From an uncultured Candidatus Saccharibacteria bacterium (lineage in GTDB: Bacteria; Patescibacteriota; Minisyncoccia; Minisyncoccales; PEYH01): 38,284 nucleotides of DNA. The stretch spans positions 1-38,284 of the forward strand of contig CAYRCT010000003.1 of the NCBI GenBank assembly GCA_964422845.1. Direction: 5' to 3'. The position numbers and the translations under genes were made by a program. Positions 31,040-38,284 of this stretch are shown here, in pieces. Below the pieces are notes generated by a model that saw only the letters and a list, made by a program, of their open reading frames with translations, was not told where the DNA came from and made no database searches. Position 1 is the stretch's first letter. Each line of letters opens with the position of its first letter.

Positions 31040-32473
31040 TTATTTCTTGTCCTGGGGATTGTCTAGATTATACCATTTTTCCCACTTAGCCGAGTCTTCA
31101 TTATGACGCCAGACTTCTCGTGTGGTTTTATAATATATGCATATGTTATTAACGAGAGAAGGAGGGACCCCATAATTAAAAACTATATCACAATCAATCT
31201 CTGCCTCTCCTAAATCAGTAACCTCTATCCATTTATCTCCTACTTTCTTTAATAGGAAATAGCCATAACCAGTTCCTGTATTAGCAATTGCGAAATTACC
31301 CTCCGTTTCTATTATCTCAACACGCTTAGATAAATCTACTGCTGAATTTAAAAAATTATAGATTTCCCTATAAAAGACTGGAGTTGTATTCTTCGTAATG
31401 TCTCCACAACTCAACTCGAAATATTGAAAATCATTAGGTTGAATGCGGAAGACACATTTTATATCGCCTCTTTCAAAACTAAAAATCTTCTCGTCAATAT
31501 CAGTATTTTCTGTATTGGAAACAAAATTCTCTTCTAAACAGACAGTTATCGTATTAATACAATTATCTATAACTGACTGACTATAGTCGCCCGGGGTCCC
31601 GAAAATATACCATTGATATCCCTTAATAAGCTCAATTTCTTTATTTTGATCTATCCATGGAAAGCCTGAATACTCTTCGGTAAGTTGGCGTTCTTCAATA
31701 TTTGTGTCTACGCAATAAAGTTGTGTTATTTCTGTTAAACTGTTTGCAAGTGCTTTAAGTTTATCCGTTGATTCGTTCATTTCTTCGGCTATCTGTCCAC
31801 AATTATTAAATTCTGAGTTTACTTCCATGGGCTTTGCAGTAGTTATGGGAGAAGGCTCATTTCCAGGATATTCATATTTTACTAAATACCAAGTTCCGAT
31901 TCCAATAATAAATACTAATAAAATTATTACAAAAAAAGCTGTCTGTGTAGAAATTCTTTTATTGAAATATTGTTTAATATTCTTAGTATTTTTTCGCCGA
32001 GATTTATCTTTAAAATAAAAGCTCTCCAATTTTTTGAACTTTTTTCTTCTCTGATTCAACCAATTGCCAATCAATATAAGGAGAGAAATGAGGTACGAAA
32101 AAATTGCTGCAGGATAAAGAAACCAAGCAATCATCAAACCGAATCCCGAAACATCCTCGCTACTCGATATTCCTACACTTATCCACATCAACAATAATGA
32201 TATTACTATTACAACAATAATGGGAAGAGTCAGAATAGAACTCAAAAAAATCATTTTACTTTTTTCTTTTCTTTTTTTTCCTATCCTAATAAAATAGCAA
32301 CCAGACAAAATAGAAAATAACAATGTTAAAATCGGAGTCAAGAATTCTCCTTGTATCTGCCTATGCTGTCTCTGCAATAATAATGATTGATAGAAACTCG
32401 AACCTGCCCAAAGAATACCTGCGATTATTAAACTCCACCCAATAAATTTATAAAAATTATATCTTTTTTCCAT
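31040..32473 (-). CDS. Hypothetical membrane protein with Cys-containing extracellular domain, possibly a gene fusion
   Basis: Four TMs, Lys-rich linker, an internal signal-like segment NKRISTQTAFFVIILL, then a soluble domain. Confidence 0.7.
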   Translation of the reverse strand: MEKRYNFYKFIGWSLIIAGILWAGSSFYQSLLLQRQHRQIQGEFLTPILTLLFSILSGCYFIRIGKKRKEKSKMIFLSSILTLPIIVVIVISLLLMWISVGISSSEDVSGFGLMIAWFLYPAAIFSYLISLLILIGNWLNQRRKKFKKLESFYFKDKSRRKNTKNIKQYFNKRISTQTAFFVIILLVFIIGIGTWYLVKYEYPGNEPSPITTAKPMEVNSEFNNCGQIAEEMNESTDKLKALANSLTEITQLYCVDTNIEERQLTEEYSGFPWIDQNKEIELIKGYQWYIFGTPGDYSQSVIDNCINTITVCLEENFVSNTENTDIDEKIFSFERGDIKCVFRIQPNDFQYFELSCGDITKNTTPVFYREIYNFLNSAVDLSKRVEIIETEGNFAIANTGTGYGYFLLKKVGDKWIEVTDLGEAEIDCDIVFNYGVPPSLVNNICIYYKTTREVWRHNEDSAKWEKWYNLDNPQDKK

Positions 32474-32583
32474 AAAAATTTTTTCTATTAAATATTTTTC
32501 TGCAATAAGCTTTAACTAATTTCTTAATTTTCTTTTTATTTTTCATACTTCTCTAACTTTTATTACAGAAACTATAGAAATTA

Positions 32584-32874
32584 CTAGATAGTCATGCTAG
32601 TGGTACTCGTAAGCGCAAGAATGCCTACTGTTACCATTGCAATTAGAAGTAAAATGGCGAATAACGATACAATGGACCGGACGCTATCTTTTTGTTTAAG
32701 CGATTGAATAAAATTATAAAATGAATACAATAATAGAAACATAAATGTTCCCAGAGAAAAAGAAGAGATAAGCTTTAGGTCTATTCCTATCCCTGCTCTC
32801 AGATAAAGTAAAAATATTAGGGGAAATAGGATATAAGAAATTATTATAAATATAATAGTTGTTTTTTTGTCCAT
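32584..32874 (-). CDS. Hypothetical three-TM membrane protein
   Basis: Hydrophobic 96-aa ORF; upstream region homologous to that of pyrH. Confidence 0.7.
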   Translation of the reverse strand: MDKKTTIIFIIISYILFPLIFLLYLRAGIGIDLKLISSFSLGTFMFLLLYSFYNFIQSLKQKDSVRSIVSLFAILLLIAMVTVGILALTSTTSMTI

Positions 32875-32889
32875 ATTTTTATCATTGGT

Positions 32890-33111
32890 TATTCTATTCT
32901 ACCAAAGATATTAAAAAAGTTCCATTTCTACACTCCCTCTAATTCAAAAACTTTTTGTCTATAAGGGCTTTGCGGGATTAGGATTCGAACCCGTCTCGGT
33001 CGCGAGAACTGCGCTCAAGTTGGCTGGCCAACTCGGGCTAGAACCGTATTTATTTCAGGCCCAGCAAGGCTTTTCTGTCTTATCTTTAGTATAATGCAAC
33101 GACGGGTCTCG
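32890..33111 (+). repeat. Junction repeat copy: leader module, tRNA 3'-end fragment and TGGCTG core
   Basis: TTGCGGGATTAGGATTCGAACC 32970-32991; ACGACGGGTCTCG at 33099 and 37124. Confidence 0.85.
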
Positions 33112-33403
33112 AGCAGACTAAAAAGTGACAAAAGTGACACAGGATTAACAATAAAATTACACGCGAATGTCATTATTTTATAATAAACCCGATTCTCGAA
33201 GGAGTTATATCAACGGGTTTTATCATATTTATTTTTTTCTTTTAATAGGAGATAAAAAAATTCTGTCTTGGGTTCCTTTTAATCAGAGGAAAGTGAAAAC
33301 GCTCTAATTCTAATCGCAAAAGAGCAAAAATTCCTTTCCCCATTCCCCTCTTCTTTCTTGCCCTTTTGCAAAAACGAGTGCGAAACGAGTGGGGCGACGG
33401 GGG

Positions 33404-34540
33404 TTATGTTTCTAAATTATCCTTGATTTCTCTAATTTTTTCAACTTCGCTCACTCTTTGCCGTAAAATTTGTAATTTACTAAGCTGTTCGGCAATTCCT
33501 GACTCAATTCCAGCTACGTCCAGCACAACCCTCTGGATGGCTTCTGGCGATTTGTCGTCTTGTTCCGCAATCAGTTCTGCCAATTTTCGCACACGCTCTT
33601 TATCTTCTTCTTTTGTTACTTTTCCAGCCACATCTTCATCTTGCATAAGCACTCCAAAAATTTCTTCTGGTTTCGACTCTCCCGTAATGTTCGGTGTTAT
33701 ACGCTCAACAATGGTCGAAATTGTCACTTTCCTGTTTTTAAATTCTTCTTCCAGTACACTTTCAATTTCTATTACATCATCCATTGTTAATCTGCCCGTC
33801 TCGGCCAAATAGCGAAGATCGCTTTGGTCAAATCCGCGCTTTCCGTGAAGTTTGAAATATGCCACTTTCGCGGGATGAGAGAGATTGATTTCTGCTCCCT
33901 GATAAATTGTCAACTGTGGTTCATACCATTTTTCAGGTAAAGGTACTCCACTAAAGCCAAGTGGCCTGCCTTGTTCGTCTCTCTTTATCAAATGAACATC
34001 AAGGAAATTCAGTGATTCGCCCTCGCGAATTTTCCCTTGATCATCTACTGCCGCAATCATCGAGTGTTCCTCTGGAGCCTCTCTAAATTCACTAGCCGAG
34101 ACCCATTCCATTTTGCGCTTTTTTGGGTTTTCGTGTTCGGAAGACAAAAACAAGCCATATCTTTTTGAAAAAAGTTGCTGCTCTAGTCTTTCCAAGTCAT
34201 CTGGGTCAACTGTTAGATCAACGTCTTTATGAACACCAATGTAATCACCTTTCATCAACGAAACATTGAGTGCTCCGTCCAACTGCCACCGCACATCCGA
34301 ACCCTCAAAAATATCACCAAGTTTCTTTATATCTCCGTCCATCTGCTCTTTCTCTACGTCTGTTGGTTGACGACGTTCGTCTCCTTTGTCTTGATCTAAA
34401 ACCGTTTCATCAAAAAATGCCGGCCGGTCCTGATGGCGAAATTGCTCGCGAACTGATTCAAGCTTTATTTGCTCTTCTTCGATTTTTGTACTTTCTTGGG
34501 GCTGTTCTTGTGAAAATGTAAATTTCTCTGGCGATGTCAT
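33404..34540 (-). CDS. Nucleotidyltransferase, ANT(2'')/Lnu-like pol-beta superfamily, with extra C-terminal helical region
   Basis: WQLDGALNVSLMKG...HKDVDL (G...DxD), third acidic residue in LDVH, RGFDQSDL. Confidence 0.75.
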   Translation of the reverse strand: MTSPEKFTFSQEQPQESTKIEEEQIKLESVREQFRHQDRPAFFDETVLDQDKGDERRQPTDVEKEQMDGDIKKLGDIFEGSDVRWQLDGALNVSLMKGDYIGVHKDVDLTVDPDDLERLEQQLFSKRYGLFLSSEHENPKKRKMEWVSASEFREAPEEHSMIAAVDDQGKIREGESLNFLDVHLIKRDEQGRPLGFSGVPLPEKWYEPQLTIYQGAEINLSHPAKVAYFKLHGKRGFDQSDLRYLAETGRLTMDDVIEIESVLEEEFKNRKVTISTIVERITPNITGESKPEEIFGVLMQDEDVAGKVTKEEDKERVRKLAELIAEQDDKSPEAIQRVVLDVAGIESGIAEQLSKLQILRQRVSEVEKIREIKDNLET

Positions 34541-35847
34541 AAGTAAACAGATTTTAATTTTTTGATAAACTGAAACGATTCTTTTATATCATCGCTTGGT
34601 TCTTCCCAGCGTTGTTTGAATGCTCCATAGTCAACTAATTTTATATCCAATTCGCCGTCCTCGGAAACACTGAAAAATAAATTATCACCAATCGTATCAA
34701 TCATCAGTTTGTGCTCCTCATATAATTTCTCAACCCCTTCGACAAAAGCCCTCAGTTTTTTCTTGTTCTTATCCTGTTTCAACGCTTCGACTATTTCTTG
34801 CCCATATTCTCCAGAAATTAAGCCATCAATATTATTGTTTCTTACGCTCGTCATTTCCGATAACGGCATTTTTTCTTGAAGAACGTGTAGTTGCTCTGAG
34901 TCTCCAGTCTGCAAAACGGCCTGCTTTGGTAAAAATTCTTTTCCAATATTATCTCTAATGATTGGATACCGAAGTAAAGATTCTCTACTATATTTTATTT
35001 CTTTTAGATCTTTTAGTTTGCGTTCAGTTTTTAAAACATATTCTAGGTCTTTCGGCACCAAAACATTCCAAAACATACCTTGGCCCGCACTGCTTTCTTT
35101 ATCACGCAAAATACTGGCAATTATGTGCTTAATCTCATCTTCACCGAGACTAGCTATTTCAGAATCGCTAAGCTCCGCAAGATCAATCGTCTCATCGTCA
35201 ATTTGCACTTCTTGTCCACCTGCCAATTTAATATCAGCACCCAAAAACATTTCTTGGTTTTCTCCTACCAACTGTTCTCTCAGAAGTTTGCCATATTTAT
35301 CAAAAAATGCTCTATCTCGCGATAGGCGCTGTATCAATTCCTTGTCATTTTTATCGATGCCTAACAGTTCTATTAATTCTCGTCTATCAACGTGCACTAT
35401 TTGTGGTGATGATAACAATTCGATTGCTTTTGTTTTTGATTCATCGCTCATTTTAGCGCCAAGTGATTCCAGGCTTGTAATCATATCTTCGGATCTAAGT
35501 CGATTGACCTCTAGACGATTCTCTTCAAATCCATTCATTCGCTCCTTAAAAGCCGCAATCTCTCCTTCCATTTTTTGAGATAATTCTTCTCTCGTATTGT
35601 CTGATACTGCAACATTTTCTGTCGCGCTAACGTACTGATGACGAATATCTTCTAGACGTTGAGCAAGCTCTTGGTCACTTCTTGGACCTTCATAATTATC
35701 TAATTCTTGGCCCAAAGAATTGATGTGCTCGGTGCGAAGCTGTTCAGGTGTTTTCTCTTCTTCTGTTATTATTGTTTCATTCGGCTCAATAGATTGCTCT
35801 ATGTTATCCTTGGGCCCTTCCCCTCCTGATAATTGTTCTTCCTCCAT
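34537..35847 (-). CDS. Protein-kinase-like (PKL fold) enzyme with N-terminal acidic coiled coil
   Basis: GQGMFWNV (Gly loop), YVLK, VLQE hinge, DTIGDN catalytic loop, LVDYG. Confidence 0.75.
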   Translation of the reverse strand: MEEEQLSGGEGPKDNIEQSIEPNETIITEEEKTPEQLRTEHINSLGQELDNYEGPRSDQELAQRLEDIRHQYVSATENVAVSDNTREELSQKMEGEIAAFKERMNGFEENRLEVNRLRSEDMITSLESLGAKMSDESKTKAIELLSSPQIVHVDRRELIELLGIDKNDKELIQRLSRDRAFFDKYGKLLREQLVGENQEMFLGADIKLAGGQEVQIDDETIDLAELSDSEIASLGEDEIKHIIASILRDKESSAGQGMFWNVLVPKDLEYVLKTERKLKDLKEIKYSRESLLRYPIIRDNIGKEFLPKQAVLQTGDSEQLHVLQEKMPLSEMTSVRNNNIDGLISGEYGQEIVEALKQDKNKKKLRAFVEGVEKLYEEHKLMIDTIGDNLFFSVSEDGELDIKLVDYGAFKQRWEEPSDDIKESFQFIKKLKSVYL

Positions 35848-35939
35848 AATTTTTAATTAATTATAGCCCAGAACGTTTAATAACTTCTTTTTCCATACTG
35901 TCTTTACTTTACCAAAAAAATCGCTTTTTAGCGATTTTT

Positions 35940-36078
35940 TGGCCCTCTCTTGATCGCACTAGCGTGTTATCCGAACGCTCCTCGTACTAGCTCTAAATGG
36001 TTGGCCGTCGTGAACAACGTTAGAACTAAAATTCAACAATAAAGTGAGTCTATCTGTATTTCTAATTTGGCTCTGTAA
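35940..36078 (+). repeat. Junction repeat copy with TGGTTG core and tail
   Basis: GAACGCTCCTCGTACTAGCTCTAAATGGTTGGCCGTCGTGAACAACGTTAGAACTA. Confidence 0.85.
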
Positions 36079-36130
36079 TTTTAATTGGCTGGCTACTTCG
36101 AACTAGAGCTTATTCTGAATGAAAAGGAAA

Positions 36131-37030
36131 TTATGAAGCTTGATATACTTTCTCTTTAAAATCACTAAAAGTTAAAATAGGTACTTTTATTATTTTAGCT
36201 ATTTTTTGTAAAAGCACATAATCATTATAGGCATTCATTCCATGTCCGGTATATCCTTTCCAACCTAATTCATTAGCTTTTTTAACTATTGGAATTTCTA
36301 TATGAGGTCTTAAATCAACAAATATATAATTCATATTTTTAAATTCCTCAAGAAAAATATTAATAGTTTCCTGATTTTCAACACCCTCTTTCCCTGCAGC
36401 ATTAATAAAAATTAAATCAGATATATCTTTAGTATCGATATTATTAATAGCTTCAGAATATTCCACATTTCCCTGATCTGATAACTCTTCTTTTAAATTA
36501 TTCTTATTGACAGGATCTATTAGGAATAGTTTTTTAGGACTTTCTTTAATAATCGCTCTTGCCAGTGGTTCTCCCACTCCCCCAACCCCTAAAAGAAAAA
36601 CAATTTTATCTTTGAAAGAACCTATATCGTCTTTATACCAACTAATAAAAGAAGGACCATTTAAATCATATGGTATCAATTTATTTTGATTATCTTTTAT
36701 TAAAGAATCAACATTATTTGGAAGAGTAATATTTTTAAAATATTCTTTTAATACGGGATTACTTTTATGAGGCTGTGTTTGATTTATTGCAATAATATTA
36801 TTTCTTTCCTCTACAAGCTCATATATTTCTTTTAATGAATTGTGATCTTCTTTTTCAATATCTATTGGTTGATAAATAAAATCTTCTATAAGATTATTCA
36901 TGTAGATTCTACTAGTAGATCTTTCCCATCTTTTTTTATCCTTATGGGCTAAATATAAACAATAATATTTTTTATCATCTATATTTCTTTTTAGTTCTTC
37001 AACTGAATAATAAATATTTATTCTTTCCAT
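36131..37030 (-). CDS. Divergent shikimate dehydrogenase-like oxidoreductase
   Basis: NQTQPHK (cf. NVTxPxK), LLGVGGVG Rossmann motif, INAAG, DLRP, TGHGM. Confidence 0.7.
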   Translation of the reverse strand: MERINIYYSVEELKRNIDDKKYYCLYLAHKDKKRWERSTSRIYMNNLIEDFIYQPIDIEKEDHNSLKEIYELVEERNNIIAINQTQPHKSNPVLKEYFKNITLPNNVDSLIKDNQNKLIPYDLNGPSFISWYKDDIGSFKDKIVFLLGVGGVGEPLARAIIKESPKKLFLIDPVNKNNLKEELSDQGNVEYSEAINNIDTKDISDLIFINAAGKEGVENQETINIFLEEFKNMNYIFVDLRPHIEIPIVKKANELGWKGYTGHGMNAYNDYVLLQKIAKIIKVPILTFSDFKEKVYQAS

Positions 37031-37044
37031 GATGTTTTTATAAT

Positions 37045-37149
37045 AACGCTCCTCGTGCTAACTCAAGGTTGCTTACCGGTCCAAAAATCGAACGCGTCTC
37101 GGGCGCACAGGACCCATCAAATTACGACGGGTCTCGTGCTAGCTCAAAA
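37045..37149 (+). repeat. tRNA-proximal junction repeats, including a degenerate tRNA 3'-end copy
   Basis: CTCGTGCTA(A/G)CTCAA occurs twice (about 37052 and 37133); TTGCTTACCGGTCCAAAAATCGAAC resembles TGGCTGCCGGGCTAGGATTCGAAC. Confidence 0.8.
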
Positions 37150-37223
37150 TGGCTGCCGGGCTAGGATTCGAACCTAGATTGATGGAGCCAGAATCCATTG
37201 GCCTACCGTTAGCCGACCCGGCA
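37150..37223 (-). tRNA. tRNA-Gln(CTG) with encoded CCA
   Basis: Acceptor TGCCGGG/CCCGGCA-GCCA, anticodon arm ATGGA-TTCTGGC-TCCAT, T arm CTAGG-TTCGAAT-CCTAG. Confidence 0.96.
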
Positions 37224-37259
37224 AAAAATTAACAATCTTGAAATTTTAAATATCTGGAC

Positions 37260-37348
37260 TTGACAAGAAATCTGGATTTAGTATACTAAAAATATCATGA
37301 AGGGGAAAAGTCTTTAAGGTTCTGTCCTTAAAGCGACACCCTTTTTTT
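37260..37348 (+). other. Promoter-like TTGACA-16-TATACT followed by an interrupted hairpin and T run (candidate small RNA, or NYN 3' element)
   Basis: AAGGG..GTC-TTTAAGG-ttctgt-CCTTAAA..GAC..CCCTT then T tract. Confidence 0.4.
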
Positions 37349-37847
37349 ATTTAGAACGCTTACCGAGTTTGTTTCTTAAATTATTTACATAATCCATATA
37401 TTCTCTAAATTTCCATAAAAGCTGAGAATAGACTTTTCTATTTGGGATAATAACTCGTCCCAATTTTTCTTTTTTCTCCAAATATTCAATTAAGCAGTGG
37501 AAATCACCATCTCCAGAAACAATAATTGCTTTATCATAATTTGGATATTCAATCATTGCGTGTAAAACCAACTCTGCATCAACATTGCCTTTTGTATGTA
37601 TCTTTCCTTGTTTTTTATACTTTAAAGTTGGCTTAAACACCACAACATAACCAACTTTTTGCAAAAATGTATACAATGCTTAATTGCCAACGACATAGCC
37701 AATAAATAAAAAAGCTCTTTTTACTTTATACTTATCTTTGAGATAGACATAAAACCTGGCAAAATCTAAACTCCAACCGCAGTCTTTAACCGCCAAATTA
37801 AGATTTTGGCTATCTATAAATGCGTAAATTTTTTGATTTTTAACCAT
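37347..37847 (-). pseudogene. NYN-domain (LabA/PIN-like) nuclease gene with in-frame TAA at codon 56
   Basis: MVKNQKIYAFIDSQNL...GYVVGN*ALYTFLQ...KGNVD...SGDGDF, all in one frame; stop at 37680-37682. Confidence 0.88.
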
Positions 37848-37862
37848 TTAGAGAAATTCTTT

Positions 37863-38284
37863 TTATGCTATTAGATATCTTCTGATCGCAACGAGGGAAG
37901 AAACAACTCCCAGAACAATGCCACAGGCGAGTTGAAGAAAGAATATGCCAAATGCACGAGCGCCAAACCAGGCAAATAGATTAAAGCCATTGGTAAGGGA
38001 TTCTATCTTATCTGCTGAAAAGTAAGCAGTCAAGAATAAAATCAGAAAAGATATAAGAGCGGCTATAGTGCCTGCAATAATTCCTTGGACAATAAATGGT
38101 CCCCTAACAAAGCTGTTTGATGCACCGACTAGCTTCATAATGGAAATCTCTTTGCTGGAATCGTAAATTGCGACTCTAATAGTATTAAAAGTAATTAAAA
38201 CCGCTATGATGCCCAAGGTAATTGCTAGAAAAAGGCCAGTTGCATTAATGTTGGAAATAAATGTTGAAAGTTTTTCAATAACTG
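37863..38284 (-). CDS. ftsX: Cell division permease FtsX, 3' part (truncated by window edge)
   Basis: FNTIRVAI...EISIMKLVGAS..FVRGPF..QG, C-terminal AIRRYL; frame stays open to the edge. Confidence 0.9.
   Translation of the reverse strand, partial: VIEKLSTFISNINATGLFLAITLGIIAVLITFNTIRVAIYDSSKEISIMKLVGASNSFVRGPFIVQGIIAGTIAALISFLILFLTAYFSADKIESLTNGFNLFAWFGARAFGIFFLQLACGIVLGVVSSLVAIRRYLIA

Noticed and set aside
35861-35896. 11-codon upstream ORF MEKEVIKRSGL before the kinase-like gene
   Set aside because: Too short to distinguish from chance, though it could be a truncated gene start.
28559-37149. CRISPR array or classical integron as the explanation for the repeats
   Set aside because: Repeats are degenerate, mosaic and separated by whole genes. 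No cas or intI gene is present. GTTAGAA does not fit GTTRRRY and I saw no paired attC-type inverse core.
37680-37682. Stop-codon reassignment as the reason for the NYN internal stop
   Set aside because: The codon is TAA, which ends many genes here; TGA and TAG also end conserved genes (murC, atpG, rpmE), so code 11 holds. A nonsense mutation or sequencing error is more likely.

Overview
AT-rich bacterial chromosome segment using genetic code 11. Gene content and style (few Shine-Dalgarno sites, archaeal-type PyrH, coiled-coil lytic transglycosylase, pilin-like protein) suggest Patescibacteria/CPR, probably Parcubacteria; this taxonomy is inferred. About 1-28.5 kb is mostly housekeeping: rpmE-prfA, rplY, murC, thpR, tdk, FKBP, xseAB, ychF, ybaB, a complete F-type ATP synthase operon whose c subunit has a Na+-type motif, a GT4, a ZIP transporter, typA and a pgsA-like gene. 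An IS30-family element sits inside a copy of a dispersed palindrome. About 28.5-37.2 kb, downstream of tRNA-Gln(CTG), is a co-oriented array of one- or two-gene units separated by a mosaic repeat family. The repeats are built from tRNA 3'-end fragments, a shared TGGCTG core and a decayed peptide-coding tail, consistent with repeated integration at the tRNA; no recombinase gene is visible. The units are pyrH, a pilin-like gene, membrane proteins, a coupled kinase-like + nucleotidyltransferase pair and a divergent shikimate-dehydrogenase-like gene. The window ends with a nonsense-disrupted NYN nuclease gene facing a candidate small RNA, and the 3' part of ftsX. All alignments and folds were done by eye.
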